Assembly (NCBI GenBank): GCA_049602735.1
Contig: JBMYRW010000007.1
Location: forward strand, 4,370-68,369
DNA: 64,000 nt
Origin: Thermoplasmatota archaeon
GTDB lineage: Archaea; Thermoplasmatota; E2; JACPAO01; JAHFTW01
Direction of reading: 5' to 3'
Shown here: piece by piece, positions 41,444 through 51,151 of the stretch
How the letters are laid out: every line of letters begins with the position of its first letter
Position numbering within the stretch: position 1 is the first letter of the stretch
Translations under genes and position numbers: made by a program
The notes under the pieces: generated by a model
Databases searched by the model: none
The model's input: only the letters and a program-made list of their open reading frames with translations
What the model was told of the DNA's origin: nothing

Positions 41444-42510
41444 GCAGGAAGCCCACTGCCCCAAGGCTACCCGTTGCGCGCCTGCGTGAGGCGTTCGCCA
41501 CGATGCTGCTTGTCCGGACGCTCGACGACAAGCTCAGCCTCTTGCAACGCCAGGGACGCATCGGCTTCTACGGCGCCTGCACCGGCCAGGAGGCGACACC
41601 CATCGCGACCGCCATGGCGTTGCGGCCCGAGGACTGGATCTTCCCGGCCCTGCGCGAAGGGGCCGCCGCGCTCCACCGGGGCCTCAGCCTCGAGCATTAC
41701 GTGGCACAGTGCTTCGGCAACGCAGCGGACCTCCAGAAGGGCCGCCAGATGCCCTGCCATTACATGTCCCGCGCCGTCAACCACGTCAGCTGGAGCAGCT
41801 GCATCGCCACCCAGCTCACCCACGCCGCCGGCGCGGCCTACGCGGCCAAGGTGCGCGGCGACGACGTGGTCACCGTCGGGTTCATGGGCGACGGCGCCAC
41901 CAGTGAAGGAGAGTTCCACAGCGCCCTCAACTTTGCTAGCGTGCAGCAGGTGCCGTGCGTCTTTGTCTGCCAGAACAACCAGTTCGCCATCAGTGTCCGC
42001 CATGACCGTCAGACGGCCACCAAGACCTACGCCGAGAAGGCGGCGGCCTACGGGATGCCGGGCGTGCGCGTCGATGGCAACGACGTGGAGGCGGTCCACG
42101 CCGCCGTCACCGAAGCCGTGGAGCGCGCGCGCAGCGGAGACGGCCCCACCCTCATCGAGGCGGTCACGTACCGCATGACGCCCCATTCCAGCAGCGACGA
42201 CCCCAGCCGCTACCGCGATGACGCGGAAGTGGAGGAATGGGCCAAGCGCGACCCGTTGCTGCTCCTGCGCAAGCGGCTGCAACAGGAGAAGGACGGCTGG
42301 AGCCAAGCATGGGAAGACGAGCTTGCGGCGCGCTTCTCGGCGGAGGTAGCCGAAGCGATCGCCGCCGCTGAAGCGGCTGCGCCCGTGGCACCGGAGAGTC
42401 TCATGGACGACGTCTACGCCGAACCACCCGAGCTGCTGTCCACCCAGCGCCAACGGCTCCTGCAAGCCGTCGCCGACGGTGAAGTGACCTGGCCGCCGCA
42501 GGCCGACTAG
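41440..42510 (+). CDS. 2-oxoacid dehydrogenase E1 component, alpha subunit (TPP-dependent)
   Basis: TPP motif GFMGDGATSEGEF...NN, QGRIGFY and YRMTPHSSSDD. No E1 beta, E2 or E3 gene is adjacent. Confidence 0.85.
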   Translation: MSRKPTAPRLPVARLREAFATMLLVRTLDDKLSLLQRQGRIGFYGACTGQEATPIATAMALRPEDWIFPALREGAAALHRGLSLEHYVAQCFGNAADLQKGRQMPCHYMSRAVNHVSWSSCIATQLTHAAGAAYAAKVRGDDVVTVGFMGDGATSEGEFHSALNFASVQQVPCVFVCQNNQFAISVRHDRQTATKTYAEKAAAYGMPGVRVDGNDVEAVHAAVTEAVERARSGDGPTLIEAVTYRMTPHSSSDDPSRYRDDAEVEEWAKRDPLLLLRKRLQQEKDGWSQAWEDELAARFSAEVAEAIAAAEAAAPVAPESLMDDVYAEPPELLSTQRQRLLQAVADGEVTWPPQAD

Positions 42511-42613
42511 GGCGACCGCACCCTGAACGGTGCAACGCGACCCACTTGGCTGCGCAACCTACTTGGGCGGCGGGGCGGCTCGAAGGGCAGGTCCGCTTGG
42601 ACCCGAGGTCACC

Positions 42614-43207
42614 ATGGACATCCGTACCCTCTTCGTCGCCTTGTTCAGCATCCTGCTGCTCTCGTCGCCCCCGGTCGTCGCCGGCCCGGGCAACACCTGC
42701 ATCCTCACCGTCGATGGGGCACCCCCGACGGCCGTCTCGTCGGGTGGCAACACGGCCAGCCAGATCGTCACCCTGAACTGCCCCGATGGCACCGAACGCA
42801 TCGGCGAGCCGCGCGTGACGTACGCCGTCAACGCCAACGGCCAGGGCGGCACCGGTGTCGGCGGGCTCGGGAACGCCCCGCCCACCGTGGATTATCTGGG
42901 ACGCAACCAAGCGCCTGATACGAGCGCCCTACCGGCGAGCATCCGCACCCTCCTGGACGTGCTGGAATCCGCCAGTCCTGAGATCGACAGCCCCGGCTTC
43001 CCCAACATCGCTCGGGGCCTGGGCATCGAGAACCTGGAGGACCTCGCCGACCTCGTGCTGGTGGGGGAAGGACGCTGGCAGGACCAATGGCTCGTCATGG
43101 TGCCCAACCTGAGCACCTACGGCATCACGTTCTGCGTCGACCTGGACGTGGACGGCGATGGCGTGATCGACTGCGACCTGTGCGTCTCCTGGGGCCAGTG
43201 GCACTAG
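42614..43207 (+). CDS. Secreted hypothetical protein with C-terminal DxDxDG-type motif
   Basis: GAGGT lies upstream of ATG 42614. It has signal peptide MDIRTLFVALFSILLLSSPPVVAG and a C-terminal DLDVDGDGVIDCDLC (calcium-binding / dockerin-like pattern). Confidence 0.55.
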   Translation: MDIRTLFVALFSILLLSSPPVVAGPGNTCILTVDGAPPTAVSSGGNTASQIVTLNCPDGTERIGEPRVTYAVNANGQGGTGVGGLGNAPPTVDYLGRNQAPDTSALPASIRTLLDVLESASPEIDSPGFPNIARGLGIENLEDLADLVLVGEGRWQDQWLVMVPNLSTYGITFCVDLDVDGDGVIDCDLCVSWGQWH

Positions 43208-44304
43208 GCTTCGGCGCGTAGGGCAGCGACCACGGCGTCCGCGGCGGCGGTCGTCGTGGCCGAGCCACCCAGGTCCGGCGTGAGCGCGCCGCCTTGGATG
43301 GCCGAGCGCAGCGCCGCTTCGACGTCTGCGGCGGCATCCGCGTAACGGGCCCCATGGGTGGGGGCCAGGTGATTGAGCATCATCTGGATGCACTGCACCA
43401 TGGCGTACGGGTTGGCGGCGTTCTGGCCGGCGATGTCGGGGGCGCTGCCGTGGACCGGCTCGAAGACCGCGTGGTGGTCACCGATGTTGCCGCTGGCCGC
43501 CATGCCCATGCCACCCTGGAGGACGGCGGCCAGGTCGGTGACGATGTCGCCCAGCATGTTGGGTGCCACGCCGACGTCGAAGGCGGCCGGGTCCCGCATG
43601 AGCGCCTGGGTGAAGGCGTCCACGTACTGGGTCCCGGTGGGGATGTCCGGGTGGTTGGCTGCGACCTCGTTGAAGCAGGCGCGGAACAGCCGGCAGCCGG
43701 CGCGGACGTTCGCCTTGTCGATGCAGGTGACGCTGCTGTCGGGTCGGCCGGCGGCGATCTCGAACGCCTTCTCGTGGATGCGGAGGCTGCCCTTGCGGGT
43801 GATCACACGGGTGTCGATCGCCATCTCGTCCACGTCGGCCCGGCTGAGGGTCCCCCGTGTCGGCGTGTAGCTACCCTCTGTGTTCTCCCGCAGCAGCACC
43901 AGGTCGACCTCGTCGGGGCGCCAGATCTGCGTGAACCGGTCGCCGATGCGGTGGGGCACGCCTTCGTAGAGCTTGCAGGGGCGCACGTTGGCGTAGAGGT
44001 CGAGGCCGAAGCGCAGGCCGAAGACCACGCCGGCCCCCGCGATGTCGCCGTTGGGCAGGCTGACGCCGGGCCAACCGACGGCGCCGAGCAGGCTCGCATC
44101 GGCCTCCCGGCACGCCTCCAGGCCGCCCTCCTCCCATTCGGCGCCATGTCGCTGGTAGTGCTGGGCGCCGCAACCGACCGTCTGGACATCTACGCCCAGC
44201 CCGTAGGCTTCGGCGGCGGCATCGAGGACCTTCAGGCCTGCGGCGAGCACGTCGGGGCCGACGCCGTCACCTGGCAGGGCGACGATCTTGGCGGTCTGGG
44301 GCAT
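43204..44304 (-). CDS. Isocitrate/isopropylmalate dehydrogenase family enzyme (LeuB- or tartrate/D-malate dehydrogenase-like)
   Basis: IVALPGDGVGPDV, LLRENTEGSYT and GSAPDIAG motifs. The substrate cannot be decided from sequence alone. Confidence 0.8.
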   Translation of the reverse strand: MPQTAKIVALPGDGVGPDVLAAGLKVLDAAAEAYGLGVDVQTVGCGAQHYQRHGAEWEEGGLEACREADASLLGAVGWPGVSLPNGDIAGAGVVFGLRFGLDLYANVRPCKLYEGVPHRIGDRFTQIWRPDEVDLVLLRENTEGSYTPTRGTLSRADVDEMAIDTRVITRKGSLRIHEKAFEIAAGRPDSSVTCIDKANVRAGCRLFRACFNEVAANHPDIPTGTQYVDAFTQALMRDPAAFDVGVAPNMLGDIVTDLAAVLQGGMGMAASGNIGDHHAVFEPVHGSAPDIAGQNAANPYAMVQCIQMMLNHLAPTHGARYADAAADVEAALRSAIQGGALTPDLGGSATTTAAADAVVAALRAEA

Positions 44305-44326
44305 GCGGCGGCGACCGAAGGGCCGC

Positions 44327-46105
44327 TTAAGAGGTCAGGTGACCGGCGCCCGGCAGTTCGTCATGGGGCAGGGGAACGCCGCCCGGGTCCAGGGGCAGGT
44401 GCAGCACGGCGCCGCCGTCGCCCAGGTGGACGAGGCTGCGGGCGAACGTGGGGTCCTGCGTGATGTCAGGCGTGTTGTTGCTGAGGGTCAGACGCAGTGT
44501 GGCGCCGGCGGGGATGACGTCGTACTGAGGGTAGAAGTCGATGCGCAGCGGGTACCGTTCGTCCGGGGTCAGGTCGCTGGGGCTGCCTTCGCCGTCGCGG
44601 TGGCGGGTGTCCTGGTAGCCGGCGTTGGTGCAGACCGCCTGGCCGCCGCCGTTCAGTTGGCACGCGTGGCCATCGACGGAGAGTACCGCTGCCCAGTGGG
44701 TGCTCGTGGTGTCCGTGGTCAGGTTCAACTCCAGGTACGGGCGGCCAAGGAGGCGCAGCTCCTGGTCGGTCTTCCAGGTGAACGTGAGGCTGTCGGGGGC
44801 GTCGAGGACGACGCCGTCGCCTTCCACGTTGGTGAGGCCCAGGTTGCTCAGGACCTCCTCGGGGTAGTCCACGATCTCCAGGTCGCCGGCCGCCGCTGCG
44901 GCGTCGCCGGGCGCGGAGAGGACGCCGTCAGCACCCAGTTCCAGGGGTAGCCAGGGCTGGTCGAGGGGCGGGAACGCTTCGTGGCCCCACCACTGTTCCG
45001 TGTCGTCCTCCACCAGCACCGGGGGCAGGATGTCCAGGATGCCGTTGTCGCGGCCGAGCAGGAAGTGGTCGTACCACGCATTGAGAAGGCCGTCCCAGTC
45101 CTCCCGGTCGGGGTAGGCGTGGCGCCATTGTCCGAACAGGCCCCGCTTCTCGCTCTGGATGTCGTTGAAGAGGGGGTCGATGTGGATGGGGCGGACGTTC
45201 CAGTCGGCAAAGCCGTGCACGTGCAGGACGCTGGCGGTGATGTTGGCCGCCATGGGGCGGTAGTCCCGTTCGGCCCAGAAGTCCGTGCGGTCGCCGCTGT
45301 GATCGAGCCCCGCCGCCATCGCCTCCTGTTGGCACTCCAGTTTCTCGGGGTAAAGGAGCGCGTTCTCCGGGTCCGTCGAGGGGACCACGCTGCCGGCCAG
45401 GTAGCTCACCATGCCGAGGGTGGGCTGCAGTTCGTAAGGGACGCCACGGTAGAAGCTCCAGTCGTATTGGTTGCTCACCGAAGCGACCGGGACGATCGTC
45501 TTGAGGCCCGGCGGGTCCATCATGGCGGTGGTGAACTGGGTCTCGCCGTCGTAGCTGGCGCCGTGCATGCCGACGTTGCCGTTGCTCCAGTCCTGGGCCG
45601 CCAGCCATTCCACGTAGTCGTAGCCGTCCTGCCACTGTTCGGGGCCGGTCTGGTCGATGCAGCCGCCGGCGTTGTGGTTGCCGCGCACGTCCGCGAACGC
45701 CACCGCGTAGCCGCGGGGCACGAAGTACTCCACGAGCGAGGCGCTGTAAGGGGGGTCCTCCAAGGGAAGGGGCCCTTCACCCTCGCCGCCGTCGCCCTCG
45801 GGCAGATCCGGGTCCTGGTACGGGGTGAACTTGAGGATGGTCGGCACGCCGTCTTCGTGGACGCCGGTGGGCAGGTAGTAGTCGACGTAGAGCTGGGTGC
45901 CCAGGGTGCCGTCGAAGGTCGCTTCAAAGTGGCCGAGGACCTCGTAGATCGGTTGGGTGAGCCCCTCGCGGAGCCCGGCCGCGAGGTCGCTGGCGGCACC
46001 GTCGCCTCCGTCATCGTCGCTCAGGCAACCGGCCAGGCCGACCGCGAGGAGCAGCAACGGCAACGCGAGCGGTGCGACCGGGAAGGTGCGCGGCGCCTTC
46101 AGCAT
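44327..46105 (-). CDS. CocE/NonD (X-Pro dipeptidyl-peptidase S15) family hydrolase, lipoprotein, paralog 1
   Basis: Lipobox LAGCLSDDDGG, nucleophile motif GMHGASYDG and a C-terminal beta-sandwich. The start is ATG 46105 or GTG 46114. Confidence 0.8.
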   Translation of the reverse strand: MLKAPRTFPVAPLALPLLLLAVGLAGCLSDDDGGDGAASDLAAGLREGLTQPIYEVLGHFEATFDGTLGTQLYVDYYLPTGVHEDGVPTILKFTPYQDPDLPEGDGGEGEGPLPLEDPPYSASLVEYFVPRGYAVAFADVRGNHNAGGCIDQTGPEQWQDGYDYVEWLAAQDWSNGNVGMHGASYDGETQFTTAMMDPPGLKTIVPVASVSNQYDWSFYRGVPYELQPTLGMVSYLAGSVVPSTDPENALLYPEKLECQQEAMAAGLDHSGDRTDFWAERDYRPMAANITASVLHVHGFADWNVRPIHIDPLFNDIQSEKRGLFGQWRHAYPDREDWDGLLNAWYDHFLLGRDNGILDILPPVLVEDDTEQWWGHEAFPPLDQPWLPLELGADGVLSAPGDAAAAAGDLEIVDYPEEVLSNLGLTNVEGDGVVLDAPDSLTFTWKTDQELRLLGRPYLELNLTTDTTSTHWAAVLSVDGHACQLNGGGQAVCTNAGYQDTRHRDGEGSPSDLTPDERYPLRIDFYPQYDVIPAGATLRLTLSNNTPDITQDPTFARSLVHLGDGGAVLHLPLDPGGVPLPHDELPGAGHLTS

Positions 46106-47736
46106 GCGAAGCACCTCATGGGGGTGGGCTGGACCGGCATCAGATCCTCGTCGCCCATGACGAGCGGCAGGTGGATGGTGGCGCTCTCCAGGTCGTACGT
46201 GACGCCGGTGGGGGCCAGGGGCGCGAAGGTCCTGGTCGGCGCGTCGCCGACGCTCACGATCCAGATGTGCCCCGGCGGCAACACGTCCTCCTGGGGGTAG
46301 AAGGTCAGGCTGTACTCCACGGGCACGCCGGGCAGCACCGGAGAAGGAGGGCCTTCGAGGCCGTCGCGCAAGGTGGCGCGCAGCACCGCCTCATTCATCC
46401 AGACCAGCTCGCCGGTGCCGGGGTTGATGCTCCACAGGGTGGCGGAGATCACCGGGTCGGGGTTGAGGCTCGTGGCCGTGATGTTGAGGATGGGGGAGCC
46501 GCTGTAGCGCAGCGTCTCGTTGAAGGAGAACAAGGGGATCGCGAAGCCGCCCCGGTCGTTGTCCGTGTCAGGGTCGAGGGTGACCCATTGGTCGGCGGGC
46601 AGGGGCCAGGTCTCCGTGGCGCGCCAGAGGCCGTCGGTGCCCTGGACCTCGTAACGCGGCTCGCCCAGGAGGCCGGTGTCGATGCCCTTGAGCCAGTGGT
46701 CCAGCCAGCGCAGCATGGTGAGGTTCCAGTCGGTGCGCATGGGGTAGACGTGGCCGGTGCCGGACTCCTGCCACTGATGCAGCCAACCGGTCACCTCGAT
46801 GCCGTCCGGCAGCCGCTCCACCCAGTCGGTGATGTGGTCGGGCTTGACGTTCCAGTCCTGCAGGCCGTGGACGAAGAACAGGCCGCCCTCCCAGTCGGAG
46901 TCGGCGATGGAGCGCTTCCAGTCCCGTTCGATCCAGTAGGCGTCCTTCATGCCGTGCAGCGCCGAGCCGGTGCCGCTGGCCACGTGGCCCACCGCTTCAG
47001 GGCAGGCGACGTCCTCGACCAGCCGCAGGAGGCTGGCGGCGTCCTCGTCCTGGGGCTCCATGTATTCGTCGAGGGTGAAGCTGGCGTAGTAGCGCGGCGT
47101 GAAGGCGAGGCCGTTGACAGACGGCACACCGTGGTAGTAATTGTAGGCGTACATGTCCGTGATGCCACTGACATGGAAGACCGCCTTCAGGGCCGGGTGG
47201 GGGTTCTTGGCGATGAGGCCGTTCTGGGTGGTGGAGTCGTAGGACTTGCCACCGACACCGATGTTGCCGTTCGACCAGTCCACGTTGGCGTAGTGGTCGA
47301 TCACCTCGTACAGGTCCTGCACCTCGCGGTCGCCGGCGATCTCGAAGCAGCCGCCCGAATGGCCGGTGCCGCGGATGGCCGCCAGCACCACCGCGTAGCC
47401 GCGGGGGACGTACTCGCTCACCATGTAGCGGGCGAAGGGGTCGCCGCCTTCTTCCGCCGTGTCACCCCAGTAGGGGCTGAAGTTGATGAACACAGGCACC
47501 GGCTCGTCCGTGTCCGGGCGGTACACGGCGTGGTGCAGCTGGACGCCATCGCTGGCAGGCAGCAGCTCTTCGACGACGGGAAGGATGTCGAACCGGACCG
47601 CCGACAGGGCATCGAGGCCGAACGGCGCTGCAAGGTCCTGGCCGTCGCCGGTGCCCTCGTCGCCACCGTCAAGGCAGCCAGCAAGGGGGATCATCAACAG
47701 GAGGGCCGCGAGGCTCCGCCACTTCATACGGGCCAC
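46099..47736 (-). CDS. CocE/NonD (S15) family hydrolase, lipoprotein, paralog 2
   Basis: Lipobox LAGCLDGGDEG and nucleophile motif GVGGKSYDS. It is collinear with the downstream paralog. Confidence 0.8.
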   Translation of the reverse strand: MARMKWRSLAALLLMIPLAGCLDGGDEGTGDGQDLAAPFGLDALSAVRFDILPVVEELLPASDGVQLHHAVYRPDTDEPVPVFINFSPYWGDTAEEGGDPFARYMVSEYVPRGYAVVLAAIRGTGHSGGCFEIAGDREVQDLYEVIDHYANVDWSNGNIGVGGKSYDSTTQNGLIAKNPHPALKAVFHVSGITDMYAYNYYHGVPSVNGLAFTPRYYASFTLDEYMEPQDEDAASLLRLVEDVACPEAVGHVASGTGSALHGMKDAYWIERDWKRSIADSDWEGGLFFVHGLQDWNVKPDHITDWVERLPDGIEVTGWLHQWQESGTGHVYPMRTDWNLTMLRWLDHWLKGIDTGLLGEPRYEVQGTDGLWRATETWPLPADQWVTLDPDTDNDRGGFAIPLFSFNETLRYSGSPILNITATSLNPDPVISATLWSINPGTGELVWMNEAVLRATLRDGLEGPPSPVLPGVPVEYSLTFYPQEDVLPPGHIWIVSVGDAPTRTFAPLAPTGVTYDLESATIHLPLVMGDEDLMPVQPTPMRCFAC

Positions 47737-47799
47737 GACCCGCCGCGCGTCTTGACCGTTGCCGTGGCAGGGTGCCCGCTCGAGGCCCCGGTGGCCTTC

Positions 47800-48726
47800 T
47801 CAGGCCTGTCCGCGCAGCCGCTTGACGCGCTCCTGGATCGGCGGGTGGGTGGCCCAGACGCTCTCCTTACGCACCCGCTTGAACGGATTGGCGAAGTAGA
47901 GGCTCGCCACCGTGCGGTCGCTGCGGTGCGACTCCTTGGGCTCCTCGCCGCCGATCTTCTCCAACGCCCGCGCCAAGGCCTCCGGGTTCCGGGTCATGTG
48001 GGCGCCGCTGGCGTCCGCTAGGTACTCCCGTTTGCGGCTGATGGCCATCGAGGCCATGCGGGCAAAGAGCGGCGCCAGCATGATGAACACGATGGCGACT
48101 ATGAACAGGACGATCATGATGCGGGGGTCCATGCGGTCGTTGCCGCCGCCGCGCCCACGGCCTCCGAAGATGAAGCCCCACCAGAGCATCTCGCCGATCA
48201 TCGCGATGATGCCGATGAGCGCGATCGTGTAGGTCTGGATCTTGATGTCCTGGTTGAGGATGTGGCTCATCTCATGCGCCAGCACCCCTTCCAGCTCCTC
48301 CGCGTCGAGGCGTTTCATGGCCCCCTTGGTCACCGCGATGACGCCCTCTTCCGGCTTGCGACCGGTGGCGAAGGCGTTGATGTCCTGCGAGGGGGTCACG
48401 TAGACCTTCGGCATGGGCAGCCCGGCGGCCAGGCTCAGCTCTTCCACCTTGTACAGCAGGAGCTTCTCCGCGCGAATCTTGGGGTCCGCCGGCTTGGCGC
48501 GGGCCGCGCGCAGGATGGCGTCTACGCTGAAGCTGCTGGCCGATGCGAGGTAGACGAGGCCGAAGACCAGGGCGAAGCCGGCGGTCAGGATGGGCGGGTA
48601 GCCCAGGATGATGCCGATGGAGAGGGCCATGCCCCAGAGGATCAGGAACATCACCACGAACAGGCGCACCGTGGCGCGCTTGTTGCGACGGATCTGCTCG
48701 TCGAGCAGGAGGGGGCCGCGTGCCAT
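47800..48726 (-). CDS. htpX: HtpX-like M48 zinc metalloprotease
   Basis: HEMSH zinc motif (LAHEMSHILNQD), four TM helices and a C-terminal THPPIQERV. Confidence 0.9.
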   Translation of the reverse strand: MARGPLLLDEQIRRNKRATVRLFVVMFLILWGMALSIGIILGYPPILTAGFALVFGLVYLASASSFSVDAILRAARAKPADPKIRAEKLLLYKVEELSLAAGLPMPKVYVTPSQDINAFATGRKPEEGVIAVTKGAMKRLDAEELEGVLAHEMSHILNQDIKIQTYTIALIGIIAMIGEMLWWGFIFGGRGRGGGNDRMDPRIMIVLFIVAIVFIMLAPLFARMASMAISRKREYLADASGAHMTRNPEALARALEKIGGEEPKESHRSDRTVASLYFANPFKRVRKESVWATHPPIQERVKRLRGQA

Positions 48727-48817
48727 CTTCTGGTCGCCGAGGCTGGCCTGATGGAAAACCCCGCGCTCCTAACCTGCCGATGCACCGGTTTTTTTAGCGT
48801 CGGAAGAATGGGCCCTG

Positions 48818-49906
48818 GTGGCGCCTGCTGGCCCTGCTCTGCTGACCTTCGTTCTCCTGGCGGCTGCAACGGCTGGGTGCCTGGGCGCAGGGACGGTCGA
48901 TTCCTGTGGCCAAGAGATGGAGTGGCTGCTATGGCACCAGCCCGGCCTCTACGGCTCCCTGGAGCCGACGCAAAGGGATGACTGGCAGAACTTCACAGCC
49001 GACGGGCGCGACGCCGTGACCTTGGACACCCAGTATCGGATCACGGACCATGCAGTCTTCTTCAGCCAATCCGTCGACAGGGACGAGAGCTGGCCCTTCT
49101 GGGTGCAACACCCGACCCTGGCCGCCTTCGGGACGCTCTGGTACGAAGACCTTCGTTGGAACCCCGTCGACGATGTCGAGTTGCGGTTCAATCTGGATGC
49201 TCCCGCGTACCGTCAGGAACCGGTGGGTGACGATGACTTCACCCTCTCTCTTGACGCCGTTGTCCATCGATCCGGCTTGGATGAGGTGGCCTATGGCGAC
49301 CTGAGGTCCATGTTCTTGGACCAGATGCTGGAACACGATGCCCCTCGGCCGCCGATGCCTGAAAGGCATTGGTCATTCTTGCAGTTCCAAGCCCAGCGGG
49401 AACCTCCCTTGGAGGGACCCTTCAGGGTCCAGGCGATCGTGGACGACGTGGAGGGTCACCTAGCAAAGGCCCGCCTGGAACCGTCGATCCACCCGTTCTC
49501 ACCTGATTGGCTCGATGGCATCGGCCAGGTCGGGTTCGCCGTCGAAGGTTGGCTTGACGAGCCCGGCTCGGCGTGGTTCCAGTTGGGTCACGCATTCCGG
49601 GGCGCCGCGGCGCTTGGAGAGGGGCCCGTGCTGATGCTCCAGGTCCTCCCCGGTGATGTGGCCCTTCTCATGCATCGGCTGGCGAGGGAATCCTGGTCGG
49701 GGCCGCAGTCCCATGATCCCCCTGTGGAAGGCCCGATCCCGAAGCCTTCGTCGGTGGGCAACGAACCCTGCCTGCTGGGTCCGCGTGCCCTTCAAAAGGT
49801 CGCCCTGGCGCGCTTCGGGCAAGCCGGACTCGACCTCGCCCCAACGGACGTCCACGGCGGCCGAGGGAGCGAAGTGAAGGTCGATGACGTACTCAAGGTG
49901 CTCTGA
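48818..49906 (+). CDS. Hypothetical lipoprotein
   Basis: The GTG start gives VAPAGPALLTFVLLAAATAGCLGAG (lipobox). No family was recognised. Confidence 0.5.
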   Translation: MAPAGPALLTFVLLAAATAGCLGAGTVDSCGQEMEWLLWHQPGLYGSLEPTQRDDWQNFTADGRDAVTLDTQYRITDHAVFFSQSVDRDESWPFWVQHPTLAAFGTLWYEDLRWNPVDDVELRFNLDAPAYRQEPVGDDDFTLSLDAVVHRSGLDEVAYGDLRSMFLDQMLEHDAPRPPMPERHWSFLQFQAQREPPLEGPFRVQAIVDDVEGHLAKARLEPSIHPFSPDWLDGIGQVGFAVEGWLDEPGSAWFQLGHAFRGAAALGEGPVLMLQVLPGDVALLMHRLARESWSGPQSHDPPVEGPIPKPSSVGNEPCLLGPRALQKVALARFGQAGLDLAPTDVHGGRGSEVKVDDVLKVL

Positions 49907-49933
49907 GCCGTCGATGCGAAGGCAGCTGGAACC

Positions 49934-50497
49934 CTAGAAGCTCACTTGGGGGACCGCCTTGGTCGCCTCGGGGACCTCCAGCATGGGCTTCTCTTCGCCT
50001 TTGCCGACCATGTTGGCGATGAGGTTGGCGGGGAACACCTCGATGGCGTTGTTGAAGGCCAGCACGGCGTCGTTGTAGAACTGGCGCGCGGCGGCGACCT
50101 TGTTCTCCGTGTGCGCCAGTTCGTCCTGGAGCTGCAGGAAGTTGGTGTTCGCCTTCAGGTCCGGGTAGGCTTCGGCGACGGCGAAGAGCTTGCCCAGCGC
50201 CTGCTCCAGGAACCCTTCGGCGGCCATCGCTTCTTGCCGGTTGCCGGCGGAGAGGAGGGCGGCGCGGGCCTGGGTGACGCTGTCGAGGGTCTCCCGTTCG
50301 TGGCTGGCGTACCCCTTGACGGTCTCCACCAGATTGGGGATCAGCTCGCCGCGCCGTTGCAGCTGCACGTCGATCTGCGCCCAGGCGTTGTCGATGCGGT
50401 TCTCGGCGCGCACGAACGAGTTGTAGAGGCTGATGATCCAGGCGACCAGGATGACCGCCACGACCACGAGGCCGATGGTGATCCAAAGGGAGACCAT
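49934..50497 (-). CDS. lemA: LemA family protein
   Basis: MVSLWITIGLVVVAVILVAWIISLYNSFV...AWAQIDVQLQRRGELIPNLVETVKGYASHE. The start is at internal Met 50497. Confidence 0.85.
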   Translation of the reverse strand: MVSLWITIGLVVVAVILVAWIISLYNSFVRAENRIDNAWAQIDVQLQRRGELIPNLVETVKGYASHERETLDSVTQARAALLSAGNRQEAMAAEGFLEQALGKLFAVAEAYPDLKANTNFLQLQDELAHTENKVAAARQFYNDAVLAFNNAIEVFPANLIANMVGKGEEKPMLEVPEATKAVPQVSF

Positions 50498-50612
50498 GGC
50501 TTCGCACCCGGCGGCGCGCGTATAAGGGCCCGGTCTGGCACTTCTTGCCAGACGCCGCTGTCTCCAGAAGAGAAGAAGGAGGGGATCGGGCCAGGCACGG
50601 CCCGCGGGGGGT

Positions 50613-50987
50613 CTATCCGGCGCGGCAGTCGAGACCGGCACGGATGGACGTCCGCCAGCAGTCGTCCTCGACGTATACCTCACCCTTCCAGGGGCCGATG
50701 GTGAGGCTCACGCCCGCTGCTTCGAGTTCCACTTCCCCGGCGAAGCCATAGCAGTGGCCGGGTCCGAAGAGTGCGCAGAGCGCGGCCTGGATGGCGTGCT
50801 GGGGGCAGTCCAGGGCTGCCAGGGCGTCCTGGACCTGCTCAGGCGTCAGCCCCACCAGGTGGTTCAGGGCGATGGTGACGGCGTCGCTGCTGGTGATGCA
50901 CTTCTGTACGGCCGCGGCCTGTGGCGTCGCCACCAGGGCCGTGCTGGCGATCAAGAGCAGGGCCGCGAGGGTCGTCGTGGTCTTCAT
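50613..50987 (-). CDS. Small secreted Cys-rich protein (6 Cys)
   Basis: Signal peptide MKTTTTLAALLLIASTALVATPQAAA and a mature part of about 98 aa with 6 Cys. It lies directly downstream of LVIVD paralog 1. Confidence 0.6.
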   Translation of the reverse strand: MKTTTTLAALLLIASTALVATPQAAAVQKCITSSDAVTIALNHLVGLTPEQVQDALAALDCPQHAIQAALCALFGPGHCYGFAGEVELEAAGVSLTIGPWKGEVYVEDDCWRTSIRAGLDCRAG

Positions 50988-51151
50988 GTCGTTCTTCCTG
51001 CCCACGAAGGGCGGAGCGTCATCCACCACGCATGCTACTTAAGCCGAGCAAGGCAAAGGCCTGCGACCTGCGCCAAGGCCGGATGTCGAAGAAGGCGGCC
51101 ACCTGCCGCTGCACCGGGGAAGGTGCAAGCGGGGTCGGATGGGGCCTGATC

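Noticed and set aside
43204-44304. Assigning leuB to the IPMDH-family gene
   Set aside because: It is 10 kb from leuCD, and the N-terminal sequence is equally compatible with tartrate/D-malate dehydrogenase-type members. The substrate cannot be settled without phylogeny.
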